A program made the position numbers and the translations under genes. A stretch of DNA of 64,000 bases from a plasmid, in assembly GCF_054482525.1 (NCBI RefSeq), contig NZ_JBTHVG010000003.1. One strand, given 5' to 3'. The notes under the pieces are model-generated. The model saw only the letters and a list, made by a program, of their open reading frames with translations. It had not been told where the DNA came from and did no database searches. The first letter of the stretch is position 1, and each line of letters opens with the position of its first letter. Positions 19,257 to 30,049 of this stretch are shown in pieces.

Positions 19257-19823
19257 TTGTCTTTTTCTGCAAGAAATATATTTAAGATTCTCTCTTCTTT
19301 CTTGATGCAGAAAAGCCCTCTTCATGAAGAAGTATGTGTTCCTGAAGAAACAACAGCTGGTTTATGGGGCCCTCTCCCTGATTCGCATGTCGTGCTTTTC
19401 TTAGATTTCGATGGGGTTTGTCACAGGTGCAAAAATGAAACCTTTGAGCGAATGCCATTGGTGGAAAAATTACTGGATAAATGCCCTTCCATGGTGATTG
19501 TCATCTCCAGTTCGTGGCGTGAATGTGCCAGTATAACTTACCTGAAATCTCTTTTCCGGCTACCTTATAGAGACAAAGTCATAGGTGCTACCGATTCGGT
19601 ATATTTAAAACCTAATCAGTCAGGTGTGCGGGCTGCTGAGTGTGAGGACTTTGTATTTTCACATCGAGTTAAAGCATTTATCTGCCTTGATGACGACGAA
19701 TCATTATTCCCGGTCGGTTATCCACATTTGCAAAAAACCAATTATTACACCGGCCTCACCGAATCTGATCTTGCAGCTCTTAACACCAGGTATCATCTGC
19801 TTATGAAACGTTGGGCTTCCTGA
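19257..19823 (+). CDS. Hypothetical protein, possibly HAD-like hydrolase
   Basis: ...LFLDFDGV... DxDG-type motif only; weak. Confidence 0.35.
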   Translation: MSFSARNIFKILSSFLMQKSPLHEEVCVPEETTAGLWGPLPDSHVVLFLDFDGVCHRCKNETFERMPLVEKLLDKCPSMVIVISSSWRECASITYLKSLFRLPYRDKVIGATDSVYLKPNQSGVRAAECEDFVFSHRVKAFICLDDDESLFPVGYPHLQKTNYYTGLTESDLAALNTRYHLLMKRWAS

Positions 19824-19826
19824 ATT

Positions 19827-19837
19827 AAAGTAACTTT
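19827..19837. promoter_or_regulatory. AAAGT(A/T)ACTTT palindrome copy
   Basis: ttAAAGTAACTTTTACgg; convergent intergenic. Confidence 0.5.
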
Positions 19838-19930
19838 TACGGAGAGCATGCCCGCATTATCAGTTCTATGCTTCTCCATTTCTGCCCCGGGTCAAAGCAT
19901 TGCACAGTTGGAAGAAAACATGCCGGTCTC

Positions 19931-21220
19931 TTAAGCTTGCTGCTCAGTTTGGTTCCGGTGCTGAAAAACCTGCCAACGGTGCTTTAGGAATTCAGTATTG
20001 ATGGGTTTACGCAGCGGCTTAATAAACTCTCCTTGATATGCCGCTAAATCATGATCTACCGCCAAAGCTTCAGCGAGAATGTTAACCTCCAACGTCACCG
20101 GATGAATGGCAATCATGTTTGCGTCGAAAAGATCGTGTATATCATGGCGTAAGAGCAACCCATTTGTATAATGGTCTACTCCTCCGTTACGATGCTCCAT
20201 CAGATGAGCAGCCTCAGTGCGCTGGCGCAGTCTAGAGCCTGTAATCACACATTGGTCATAACAGTTGTTGCGGACGGCTTCTGCAAATGAGGCCTGATCT
20301 GGTCGTGTCTCGACAGTTGTCTTACTACCCTTACGCTTACCCGGTACAGTAGTTTCATCAGGAATATTCGGCTGAAGCTCCTTTTCTTCTATACCATCAG
20401 TCTTCATAGCGACCATAATCGCGGCCGGTGGAGATTTAGGCTGATCTTCCTGCGATCTTTCGCGGCCACCAACTGGATACCCTAGAAAACCCTCAATGAT
20501 CTCTAGTGGAGGTAATGTAGCGTTTGAACGTGCATAAATAGCGAACTCTGCGGCACGTCCGCCGGGAATATATCTACGTACCAGTATTGGAAGAGAGGCT
20601 TCTTCATCTGGTTCCTCTTTTTCCGACAGGATTATTCGTTCGGTGAGACGGGCTGAATTTTTTTTCATTTCACTCAACAGTCTATTGCGTTCTTTTACCT
20701 TTCGGTCATTATCCTCCAACATCTTACGATGACTAACCTTAGCCAGATGGTCTTCCAGTTCCTGTATATATTCGGGATCGATAGTGTCAATTAGACCGAA
20801 CGCCATCAACCGCTCCCCCCTTGTTTTACAAGATTCTAGCCGAACGCGAATGTACTCCTTACGCTTGGCCATCAAATGTTCTTTTTGTTTTTTTTCTCGA
20901 ATTACACGGAGCTGAGTATTGTAATTAGAATAAACGGTTTCGCTATTCTGCTCTGTCTCTAGAGCAAATTTTTGTAGGTGTTCACGTAGTTTTTTACGGG
21001 TATTTTTGGGGGCATGCATTACGGTACGCTCAATGTATGAGCCTGTGCAGCGTAAAGAAAGTACAGTTTCAGCATGGGAATAACCAGCATTGAGACGATA
21101 GCGGGCAATTTTAAGCAAATTATTAAAGTGTGCACCATTACATATACCTAGTTCTTCCAAGACACGACGTTCTCTATCATTAATAGATGGATGGTTAATA
21201 TCTTTTACTTTGTTTGCCAT
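19931..21220 (-). CDS. HNH endonuclease-domain protein with charged coiled-coil N-terminal region
   Basis: C-terminal ...EAAHLMEHRNGGVDHYTNGLLLRHDIHDLFD... HNH signature; own terminator upstream; monocistronic. Confidence 0.6.
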   Translation of the reverse strand: MANKVKDINHPSINDRERRVLEELGICNGAHFNNLLKIARYRLNAGYSHAETVLSLRCTGSYIERTVMHAPKNTRKKLREHLQKFALETEQNSETVYSNYNTQLRVIREKKQKEHLMAKRKEYIRVRLESCKTRGERLMAFGLIDTIDPEYIQELEDHLAKVSHRKMLEDNDRKVKERNRLLSEMKKNSARLTERIILSEKEEPDEEASLPILVRRYIPGGRAAEFAIYARSNATLPPLEIIEGFLGYPVGGRERSQEDQPKSPPAAIMVAMKTDGIEEKELQPNIPDETTVPGKRKGSKTTVETRPDQASFAEAVRNNCYDQCVITGSRLRQRTEAAHLMEHRNGGVDHYTNGLLLRHDIHDLFDANMIAIHPVTLEVNILAEALAVDHDLAAYQGEFIKPLRKPINTEFLKHRWQVFQHRNQTEQQA

Positions 21221-21302
21221 GTCCTGTGTCTCAGTGCCTATTCAGCCGGAACATCTACTACATAAAGAACGAGATTGTACAGAAATCAGCTAAGTTTATG
21301 AA

Positions 21303-21338
21303 TAAAAAAGGCCGCAAATTTATACTTTGCGGCCTTCA
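21303..21338 (-). terminator. Rho-independent terminator downstream of the TraG-like gene
   Basis: aaggccgcaaa...tttgcggcctt hairpin with adjacent A-run on plus strand. Confidence 0.6.
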
Positions 21339-21400
21339 CTGTTTAACACCATATTTTAGTAAATACGTTTAATTTTCATTAGGTTATATTTGAAACTCAC

Positions 21401-24400
21401 CTACCTTTTATTTTCATTAAGCCACTGATCCGCTTTATCGACACGTGACTGGTAAGGCTCATTTGTGTTGCTCAGCTCTGACTTCATGTACTGAATGAAT
21501 TCATCTGCTTTCTGAGGCCCAAAGCGTGGGTCATCCGTCAATTGCTGCCGGATAGCCCTTTCAGAGTTCTGCGCTGCATTCGCATAAGTCGAAACGCCGT
21601 CGCTGCTAATACTCTGATACCGGTCACTTACAGCTGCGACGCCATCAGACATCTGCATGTGATTAAGGACTTTACCCTGGAGAGAATCAGGCATATTTGC
21701 AGGGTTAGAGGCATCATTTGCTATCGATGTCTGGGTTTGAAGGATGCCCGCTCCCGTAAGCATCTCATTTACCGGTTTCGCCCCAACGCTGGTTAGCGTA
21801 TCCGAAACAAATTGCTGGCCCCCGAGTAGCGCACCAGAAATCGCGCCCCGCTCAGTGTTGGCCTCTATCTTTTCCCCAACCAAGCGATCTGTGACGGTCT
21901 GAGTGCGGTTACCAACGAGACCACCGCCCGACCCACCCTCTCCTAGGTTTGCCCGTACGACTGACTCAAGTGAACCATCAGCTCTGTTATGAGTGTTGAA
22001 ACTGCTATGGATGCTCTGAACGTCATTCATACTCCAGTTAACGTTATAGTTACCCAGTTCATTAAGGATCTTCTGGGTATCCGCTTTGAGCTGCTCTCTT
22101 TCGGCACCGGTAGCCATGGTGCTGGCACCATAGGTAAAGACAGCTTGCTGTGCCAATTCAGCTCGCTTATCGTCCCGGCTTAAGTTCGGGTTGTTGGCAA
22201 CACGACTAAAGTAGTTATCAGTGTTATTAGATAAGCCACGAACTTGACCGCTCTGATACATACTGTTCAAAGCAGTGGCTCGTTGATCCATTCCATCACC
22301 AACCACCCGACCTCCGGTAGCCTTTTCCAGATCGTTAAATGTGCCTTCTGCATTTCTGACATCCTGACCTGAATTGACGACTTTCTCTACACCCTGATTA
22401 TTCAGTACAGGGCCATTCGTTTTGAGAGAATTGAGCACATTCCTTTCTTCATCAGAATAAGTGCGGCCCACGTTGTTGTTATGTATTCCCTGAATATCGC
22501 CTTTGCCCGCGTTATCAAGGTTATACGGAGTAAAGCCAGCTTCACTTTTTCCAGGGACACGCTGAGTCGCGTCCTGAGCGTTGGAGGAAAGACCGAGTTT
22601 AGCCTGCGAATCAACACTTCCACCCAGTTCCCCTACGCGTGACGCACTCATCACGCCAGACGTATTTACGCTGTCAGGAGTTCTATCCTGTGCCTGAGTG
22701 ATAGTATTAATTCCTGACCCTTCGCCTGAAATTCTGTCGAGCTGATTGGTGATAGGTAGCAGCTGCTGTGCATTACCACCGAAGTCGGAAACCAGACTTT
22801 TAAGCAGGCTGGAGGTTTCACGGAGATCCTGTTTATTACTTTCGGCCGTCTCTCCCCGGGCGGTATCAATCGCAATTTTTTGCTCACTGAAATCTCGTGT
22901 TGCAGCCACAAGCGCGTCAGTACGTTGAAGCTGCGAACCAAGCTGATTACTGGCCTTGAAGGTATCGTTATAGGAGTTGAATTTCTCCATAAACGCATTC
23001 TCATCCAGCCCATTCTTACGAGCAAAATTCCTTACATCATCATCACTGAAGTTTTTGTTGCGAATAGAATCGGAGAACCTGTCCAGGTTAATGCTTTGTT
23101 TAGAATCAAGGCTCATTCCACTATTGGAGCTGGCGTTAGTCGATACCGATGTAGAAATGTTTTGCGCCATCGTCTGTGTCGCCTGGTTCATTTTCGACGA
23201 TGCTTCTTTAAACGCATTAGTATTGGATATCTGATCGCTGCTTACCTGAGACGCCGCTTTACTGAACTGGTCAGTCAAAGCAGAATCCTGGCTAAGCTGA
23301 TTCGTGATTGCTTTTGAAAGGTCATTTGAAAGCGAGTCACTGCCTGTATTGGTCTTAGATGCGCCGCTACTCAATTGCCCTGCTACAGCTGCTTTCAGCC
23401 CGGCTCCGTTGCCAGTTCCAGCACCTCCATTAAGCCCAGCGTTTAGAATAACATTTGAAGCAATGCTGGCCATCTGAGACGCACTCACCCCATGTTTCGT
23501 TGCAATACCTTCTGCTACAGAGGCACCAATCTTATCCGAGATCTGCTTCATTGTTTGCAGGTTGGTTGAGAACTGCTGGCTCGACTGTCCTGACCTTCCA
23601 ATTTCACTCATCTGACTGTAACCAGCCTGGAATGAATTACTTGCCGCACTCATAACTGATGAGGTTACAGCTGATCCTTGCCCCTGGCTGTTAGCGATAC
23701 TTGAACCAGCATTCCACATTCCAAGACGGAAATTACTTGAATCAACTGCGCCGCCATCGCTGTATCCCTGACCGGTACTGGTCAAGGCGGTTCGTGTCAC
23801 GTCACCAAATGAAGATTTACCGCTGTTAGGGCCATCCCATACTTTGGGCGTTACATGACCAGTATCCACCGGCGCATCGGGGGTCACTCCCTTAACCGCA
23901 TTCATCATCGGGTGAATCGACTGTGTCATCAGGAATAATGTGAGTACCGGAATCAGAGCATAAAGCGCGGAAGCAACAGACAGGTATGAACTGTATGTTT
24001 CCGCAAGCCCTGGGAGCCCCATCCACGTGACGGCATTATTCTGGCTGTTGAGGGTGCTCCAGGTATCCAGATCGGCCGTCGCGACTTTCTTCACATACGC
24101 GTTGACCATTACTGCCGTAAGCGGCCACATATTCACGAAGAGAATAAGTTGCAAATATTTCGCCGCAGCGGCAACACCATTACCACCTAACGCCAGCAGC
24201 ATAAGCAAAGCAAATGGAGCAACCATGTAAGCAAACATCTCAAGGAATGCGATTGCTGCTCCAGACAGTTGTAACCACAACTGGCCCTGTGAAGCCATTG
24301 TGTTGGTTCGCTTCAGAGAAGCCTCAAACAACTGCATATCGGAAGCCAGACTGAGTGGGGTCTTATATTTGCTTGCGCCATTTCTGAGCTCATTCATTAT

Positions 24401-25354
24401 GAACAGGTTCAGGGTGGCGTCATACGAACCAATAGCCTTACCGTACATACCATTTGCTGACGCCATAACATCAGTAAAACTTGCGCCGGTAGGTGCACCA
24501 TTTGCTTCGTCTGGAGTAAGGATGCCGTTTGTCTGTCCTATAAGGGAAATAGTCTGGCGAGCTTCAGCTGTACTGGTAACCTGTTTCACAGTTGACCAGA
24601 CCTCATCACACGTACCAGATTTTGAACCGTTAGCGCCAACAATACTGGCAGAGGCATTCTTCAGTGCGCCTTTCATCGCCTGATTAATCCGGTCCATGCT
24701 ATCTGCCAGATTAGCTGAGAAAATATCGTTAAAAATAGTTTCTTTACCGGCAATATTTGCGCTTGAGTTTTGGGTAGCCTTCAGGCAGTTGTATGCAAGA
24801 GACTGAACGGTAGCACATACGTTCATTGGCCCTAGCCCGCTGGCCGGTTCAGGAAATGCAGAACAGTAGCCCTGGCTATCGCCGCCCCATTGCAAAAACT
24901 TCACGAATCGGATCATCGGACCGAGGGTGATGTCATCGTCCAGAGTTGTTGCAGACAGGTCCACCGGAGAAAGCGGATCAAACGCAGTTTTATAATCCTT
25001 CAGCAAACCCTGGCTTAAGTTAGTGGTGACGGTGGCCATCGCAGCAATAAAAATTGGAATTCCGTCGACGTTTCTGACCTCTCCCGACTTTACAGATTCA
25101 ATAGTTACATCCACTCGAACCATTGCCATCATGAAAAGGATCAACCCCAAAAACCAGGAGAAAAACGGTAATTCATTTTTGGTCGGAGCCTGAAGCCATA
25201 GCCACGTTTTATAGAATAGGCTCACACCTGCTACAACGGCGGCCGTGGTCAGGAACTCTTTTACACCAGTATATTGAGAAAAGATTAGGGCAATACCGGT
25301 AAAAGCCGACCAGACAAAATCAATATCACCCAGGGTATATATGTTGTAATCCAT
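21401..25354 (-). CDS. F-type TraG-like mating-pair stabilisation / pilus assembly protein (large, multi-TM N-terminus)
   Basis: 1317 aa, N-terminal TM helices, Ser/Thr/Gln-rich C-terminal half; adjacent to TraH- and TraF-like genes. Confidence 0.6.
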   Translation of the reverse strand: MDYNIYTLGDIDFVWSAFTGIALIFSQYTGVKEFLTTAAVVAGVSLFYKTWLWLQAPTKNELPFFSWFLGLILFMMAMVRVDVTIESVKSGEVRNVDGIPIFIAAMATVTTNLSQGLLKDYKTAFDPLSPVDLSATTLDDDITLGPMIRFVKFLQWGGDSQGYCSAFPEPASGLGPMNVCATVQSLAYNCLKATQNSSANIAGKETIFNDIFSANLADSMDRINQAMKGALKNASASIVGANGSKSGTCDEVWSTVKQVTSTAEARQTISLIGQTNGILTPDEANGAPTGASFTDVMASANGMYGKAIGSYDATLNLFIMNELRNGASKYKTPLSLASDMQLFEASLKRTNTMASQGQLWLQLSGAAIAFLEMFAYMVAPFALLMLLALGGNGVAAAAKYLQLILFVNMWPLTAVMVNAYVKKVATADLDTWSTLNSQNNAVTWMGLPGLAETYSSYLSVASALYALIPVLTLFLMTQSIHPMMNAVKGVTPDAPVDTGHVTPKVWDGPNSGKSSFGDVTRTALTSTGQGYSDGGAVDSSNFRLGMWNAGSSIANSQGQGSAVTSSVMSAASNSFQAGYSQMSEIGRSGQSSQQFSTNLQTMKQISDKIGASVAEGIATKHGVSASQMASIASNVILNAGLNGGAGTGNGAGLKAAVAGQLSSGASKTNTGSDSLSNDLSKAITNQLSQDSALTDQFSKAASQVSSDQISNTNAFKEASSKMNQATQTMAQNISTSVSTNASSNSGMSLDSKQSINLDRFSDSIRNKNFSDDDVRNFARKNGLDENAFMEKFNSYNDTFKASNQLGSQLQRTDALVAATRDFSEQKIAIDTARGETAESNKQDLRETSSLLKSLVSDFGGNAQQLLPITNQLDRISGEGSGINTITQAQDRTPDSVNTSGVMSASRVGELGGSVDSQAKLGLSSNAQDATQRVPGKSEAGFTPYNLDNAGKGDIQGIHNNNVGRTYSDEERNVLNSLKTNGPVLNNQGVEKVVNSGQDVRNAEGTFNDLEKATGGRVVGDGMDQRATALNSMYQSGQVRGLSNNTDNYFSRVANNPNLSRDDKRAELAQQAVFTYGASTMATGAEREQLKADTQKILNELGNYNVNWSMNDVQSIHSSFNTHNRADGSLESVVRANLGEGGSGGGLVGNRTQTVTDRLVGEKIEANTERGAISGALLGGQQFVSDTLTSVGAKPVNEMLTGAGILQTQTSIANDASNPANMPDSLQGKVLNHMQMSDGVAAVSDRYQSISSDGVSTYANAAQNSERAIRQQLTDDPRFGPQKADEFIQYMKSELSNTNEPYQSRVDKADQWLNENKR

Positions 25355-25362
25355 GTCAGACC

Positions 25363-26778
25363 TCAGTTACGTGTGCCACGAATACTTTCAGTGAAAGCCT
25401 TCCGTTGCAGGCGACGGTTATCCCAGGTTGAAATGACGTCCGAGCTGGTACCGACCTGGCTGTGCGATAGCTCATAGGCGGCTTTAACCTGTTTTGAGAG
25501 ATTGTCTGTTAATCGGTTGAGATCATCCCTTTTACCCGACAGCGACTCACTCGGTATGCTCATGGTTGAAATTTTGGCCTCAACCTGGCGCAACATGTTG
25601 ATTACGAGGCTCGTCGCAGCAATAGTGCTTATGTCCTGAATGTATGCGTACCCTTCCGGTGCTTCGAATGTTTGCAAAGAGTCGATAATGGTCGGGATGC
25701 CGATATAGGAGATAATGCGTAATTCATCATCTGAAACACGAACGTCGTTGATGATTTTTTTCTGTACGTTTAAAAGAAGATCAGAAATGGTATCCTTCAA
25801 TCCCTTAAAACCACCGTCATTAACTTCTGACATGACAAGGCACTGAGCCTTTCGTGGGGATGATGGATCTGGTGCCGGAGAACACTTGAGCATTTTAATT
25901 GATCCGCCAGCTGGTGGCCCCATGATGTAATCCGTGACAGTCATGGTAGACGGGCGGACTTCCATTCCCGCTTTTTCGCCTTTGCTATCCCAGTTGATAA
26001 TGACAGTACCCACGAGAGACATAAGTTGTTCTGCCAATTTATAACCGGATAACTCCGTTACCCCTCCGATGTTCATTGTTCCCTTATCAATATCCATGAA
26101 CGACATATAGAAGAGGTTACCACTGAATTTTTCAGCGAACTCTTCGGGATCCTTTGCTTTAACCTGAGAAGTGACAGCTTCAGGTGACTTTGTCATCGAT
26201 GAGCCAAAATCAGGAATGAGACCATTAATCGATCCCAGAATTGAGGCTGGTCCAGAGCTAACTGAGTTAGCAAACTGGCTTGGCGTACCCACGTTTTCAG
26301 AAAGGAAAGAGTAAGTTGCATTGCATGAATCTTTCGCAAATTTATTTAGCGCTTGCAGTTTGTTTTGGATGTCATTAATCGTTGCAGCACAGTCAGCACA
26401 AATAGCTGAAACAGCAACGTTAAAAGCATAGATAGCCGCACCCTGGGCAATACCACGGGCCACCTGCACAAGCTGGTCCCCGTTGATCATGCTGAAGGAC
26501 CCAAGAAAAACGTCAATACCATTACAACCGACAGAAGCTTTTGGAAACGACATGGAAACAAGGTTGGTATTAACGTTTGTTGTTCGGTAAGACATTGACC
26601 CGCCAACTATGCCTGTACGGGTTGCTGTGGAAAAGGTGGCCGGGCTGGTAGACGTCATCATGCCATTGAAAATGTTACGCATTGCGTTGTCTGCATTTGC
26701 AGTCGGGGCTAAAATTGCAGCACAAACAGAAAGAGACAAAAGTAACTTTTTGAAGTTGAAAACGGCATTACTGCGCAT
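25363..26778 (-). CDS. F-type TraH-like pilus assembly protein
   Basis: Signal peptide (MRSNAVFNFKKLLLSLSVCAAILAPTANA); size and position match TraH; start reassigned from 26841. Confidence 0.6.
   Translation of the reverse strand: MRSNAVFNFKKLLLSLSVCAAILAPTANADNAMRNIFNGMMTSTSPATFSTATRTGIVGGSMSYRTTNVNTNLVSMSFPKASVGCNGIDVFLGSFSMINGDQLVQVARGIAQGAAIYAFNVAVSAICADCAATINDIQNKLQALNKFAKDSCNATYSFLSENVGTPSQFANSVSSGPASILGSINGLIPDFGSSMTKSPEAVTSQVKAKDPEEFAEKFSGNLFYMSFMDIDKGTMNIGGVTELSGYKLAEQLMSLVGTVIINWDSKGEKAGMEVRPSTMTVTDYIMGPPAGGSIKMLKCSPAPDPSSPRKAQCLVMSEVNDGGFKGLKDTISDLLLNVQKKIINDVRVSDDELRIISYIGIPTIIDSLQTFEAPEGYAYIQDISTIAATSLVINMLRQVEAKISTMSIPSESLSGKRDDLNRLTDNLSKQVKAAYELSHSQVGTSSDVISTWDNRRLQRKAFTESIRGTRN
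26739..26749. promoter_or_regulatory. AAAGT(A/T)ACTTT palindrome copy
   Basis: caAAAGTAACTTTTTGaa; at the TraH-like / TraF-like junction. Confidence 0.45.
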
Positions 26779-27814
26779 AAGTGCCTCCAAAACTGCCGCC
26801 AGCATTGAGATAATTGACCGGATCGGCCGTAGGCATGTCATAGCCTTCGAGTTTTTGGTCCATTATTTTTTGAAGTAAGAATGGGTCTGATTCCATTTCG
26901 GATTTATTAACGGTAATAACGCCATCATCACCGATGGTATATTGCCTTTTAATATCTAGAGTTGACTGAAACGAAGCGTCATCGATCAGATTCATGCCCT
27001 TCGCGGCAAGTATAATAGTGTTCTTTAATTCATCAGCGGAGATCATGCCTTCACTAATGCGCTGAGCTGATGTCCCATCCTTTGAAACCAGGAAAATTGT
27101 AGGTACCTCTCGAATTTTAAATTGATCAATAATTTGTGCATTGGGGATGTTAAAATCCTGAAAAAGGCCATTATGCAATGGCCTTCCATCCATACTGATT
27201 GGAAGAATATCTACCGAATAATAGTTCTGCATAAATTGAAGTATTTGGCTCTCTTCGTGGCAAAACTGGCAAGTACTCTGGAAAAAGAAAAATAAACCTG
27301 ACTTAGTAAAGATATCTTTCATTACCGTTTGCTGATTTTTTTCAACAACAGTGCGGTGAGCATCCAGTGCCACCTTTTCCACTGGTTGCCTGCGTTTTTC
27401 AGACATCATCGGGTTTTTAAGAAAATAATCTTTTGATTTGTCAGAAAAACGCGTACTGATATCCAGCATTAACCTTTGCGCCGTGTAATAACGTGATAGA
27501 TTTTCTGCGGTAGGGTTATCCATTGCCTGCGTTAACAGTCGAGGCATATTCTCTTTTAGCCATTTTGAATTTAAATCTACCTTTTCCTCTTTTGAAGGCG
27601 AGCTAGCAGCACCGGTTGGTGGCAAAACCTTTTCTTCTTCAGCTTCGCTTTTTTTAGCAGGATCGTCATACCAGAAGAAACCCTTCTTATAAGCCTGGCC
27701 TGATACAAAGGGCGTATCTTTTATTAGGGGTTGCTCAGGGCTGGCGTGGGCACCAGTAATTACCAAAGACATAAGCAAAACCATCTTTGAAGGCGCTAAT
27801 GCAATACGAGTCAT
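26768..27814 (-). CDS. TraF/TrbB-like thioredoxin-fold conjugal pilus assembly protein
   Basis: Signal peptide; CxxC motif (CQFC); overlaps TraH-like gene start. Confidence 0.55.
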   Translation of the reverse strand: MTRIALAPSKMVLLMSLVITGAHASPEQPLIKDTPFVSGQAYKKGFFWYDDPAKKSEAEEEKVLPPTGAASSPSKEEKVDLNSKWLKENMPRLLTQAMDNPTAENLSRYYTAQRLMLDISTRFSDKSKDYFLKNPMMSEKRRQPVEKVALDAHRTVVEKNQQTVMKDIFTKSGLFFFFQSTCQFCHEESQILQFMQNYYSVDILPISMDGRPLHNGLFQDFNIPNAQIIDQFKIREVPTIFLVSKDGTSAQRISEGMISADELKNTIILAAKGMNLIDDASFQSTLDIKRQYTIGDDGVITVNKSEMESDPFLLQKIMDQKLEGYDMPTADPVNYLNAGGSFGGTYAQ

Positions 27815-28407
27815 AGACCGTTCTCCTTTTCTGATGCGGTTATGATGGCATACAAAAAAAAGGTTAGAGCTCGTATAGCATGGTCGTTTTTATGTTGAAA
27901 AGGACGGAAAAGGAGTGCTGACTAAGAAGATAGTCTCGGTGATGGAAAGATCATCCATCTTGCACATTGTGAAAAATCCGGTGTAACAAAAACATGGTTT
28001 TATCGAATATCTAAAAGCAAATATTGCTTTGAAAACAGGTGTATTAAGAGCTGAAAAAAATCATCACCAGTAACGCTGTTTCTATATTTCAAAGAAGGAA
28101 TAGCTAAGGATCAAAGAAGCGAACTTAGGCAAGAATATAAAATATATTAATTGAAAGCGATTAAGAAGTCGTCATGCATAGAAGGTTTTAGAGAACCTAA
28201 GTAGTTTTACGTTTTCAACAGAAAAAAAGGTGAACATTTTTTGGAACGAAGAAAGACTGTATAAAGAAAAATCAAATTATATCTTTACTTGTCAAGAGTT
28301 AATATTTAAGTTGTAACTAATATTTGATTGTAAAGCAAACAACAGAATTTGACTTAAGTCAATATTTAGATTCAGACAAGGCAAGTTTCGCGATATCTTT
28401 TTTAAAT

Positions 28408-28920
28408 TTAATCTAATTCTTCTTGAGAATACCTCTCTATGGCTGAAGCAGTTGAAGATAATCTGCAACGTGGACAATAAGCATCATTTGTCACTGGCAC
28501 AATGTATGGGCGTTTACATTTTTCGCAGGCACCTAGTTCTTCAATTTCTTTCATAGAAGTAAGGATTTCTATTATTTTATTAACTTCCGGTGCGCATACA
28601 AAGTATCCCAGATTATGAAGGACACTCATTATTCGGTTGAAGTCAATTTGCCGAAAACTCGCTTCCGGATTTATTGGATCAAAACCAAAATAGTTAACTG
28701 CGACATCAATAACAGCAGAAAAAGCTCGGCGGTTATCTGTGCGTTTGCTCCAGCCCCGGATACCTTTTTTGAGTTTTGTTTTTGCACCAGGCTCAAAATC
28801 GATATTTTCAGCAACATGATTACCGTACAAAATTCGTATTGTATTTTTATTTGCCCCAAGCGACATAGTCCTTGCTGCTCGCAATAGAGCATTAGCTTTT
28901 GTTTGATCGACCTTTGCCAT
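28408..28920 (-). CDS. Zinc-ribbon protein, hypothetical (possible transfer regulator)
   Basis: C-terminal CEKC...CPRC; sits between the mating-pair operon and the candidate oriT. Confidence 0.45.
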   Translation of the reverse strand: MAKVDQTKANALLRAARTMSLGANKNTIRILYGNHVAENIDFEPGAKTKLKKGIRGWSKRTDNRRAFSAVIDVAVNYFGFDPINPEASFRQIDFNRIMSVLHNLGYFVCAPEVNKIIEILTSMKEIEELGACEKCKRPYIVPVTNDAYCPRCRLSSTASAIERYSQEELD

Positions 28921-28921
28921 A

Positions 28922-29722
28922 TTAATAATCCTTTAACATAACTTTATTTGTTAAAGTGTTGAACACATCCTGACGGTGACTGGTGAACATAGTGTCATAA
29001 CGTAATAGTTCCATCAAATCATCACTAACTTTTCCTAACCGGATGTCAGCAGACAATTCATAAGCCCAGGCAAAAACTTTCGTTTTAAGTGAAACACTCT
29101 CTTCAATATGCCCTTGTGAGAAAGCAATTGTACGTGGGAAAAGAACGACATCGTTAATTGTTTTTAACGATGAATAACCAATGTCTTTAATAGCATCAGC
29201 TGTAGTTGGTTTTAAACCAAAGAAAACACTTACAAACTCTGGTGCGAGCATTGAGATAAAGAACACCTGCATAAAGTAGTCATTCTGTATATCAACACAT
29301 TTAGAACGCAACTCATGAATCTTCTTGGGATTATAGATATCCACTGTACCATTCAGAAAAGTCACTTTTTCACCGGCATCGTAAATACCATAGTCAATAT
29401 CATTTGTATCATATTCACGAATTACATTGGAATCACCGTCCAAGACCGCAGAAAAAAACCTCTCCCATGTAATTTCCTTTCCGAGTGTACGCGGAACCAA
29501 AAAACTACCTGGACGTGTTTCCACTTCAAAAGCTAAATCAGCGGCTGTACTAAATCCTTTCCCAAATAGGCGACGCTGGAGAAGAGGAGTCCCAGTTTGA
29601 TATGCAGAAGATCCATGCACAGGCAATAACATTAAAAATGCACGGTAACTACGAATAAGCGAAATCTCAGTGCGGAAAAGTTTACCGAGTAAGCTACGAG
29701 TTAAATTATCAGATTCTGACAT
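28922..29722 (-). CDS. Hypothetical protein (possible transfer regulator), first gene of the minus-strand transfer operon
   Basis: 266-aa ORF; palindrome copy 76 bp upstream of its start. Confidence 0.45.
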   Translation of the reverse strand: MSESDNLTRSLLGKLFRTEISLIRSYRAFLMLLPVHGSSAYQTGTPLLQRRLFGKGFSTAADLAFEVETRPGSFLVPRTLGKEITWERFFSAVLDGDSNVIREYDTNDIDYGIYDAGEKVTFLNGTVDIYNPKKIHELRSKCVDIQNDYFMQVFFISMLAPEFVSVFFGLKPTTADAIKDIGYSSLKTINDVVLFPRTIAFSQGHIEESVSLKTKVFAWAYELSADIRLGKVSDDLMELLRYDTMFTSHRQDVFNTLTNKVMLKDY

Positions 29723-29798
29723 GTGCTGATTGTCCTTGCGCCATTACAATTGTTCAAATCTTCAACATGGATTTTTTGTTAGGTGTTCGGTAGGGTGA

Positions 29799-29809
29799 AA
29801 AGTAACTTT
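29799..29809. promoter_or_regulatory. AAAGT(A/T)ACTTT palindrome copy
   Basis: gAAAAGTAACTTTTAGta; 76 bp upstream of gene 28922..29722. Confidence 0.5.
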
Positions 29810-30049
29810 TAGTATTTTCTTAAGGCTTGAATAAGCCTTAAATCTATCCCTTCAACCACACCGCTTACTTGTAACACTTTTTAACCAAACTGACCAGAAT
29901 TTTATCAAAATTTCTTCGCATGCTAACGAAATGTGAAGCGATTAAAAAAAAACCTAAATCCAGCCCCTCCCAACGTTGGATTAGAATAACGACGTCTTTC
30001 ACTGACCGTCATAAACTGACATTTTTACTTTTCATCAACCTCATGCTTA

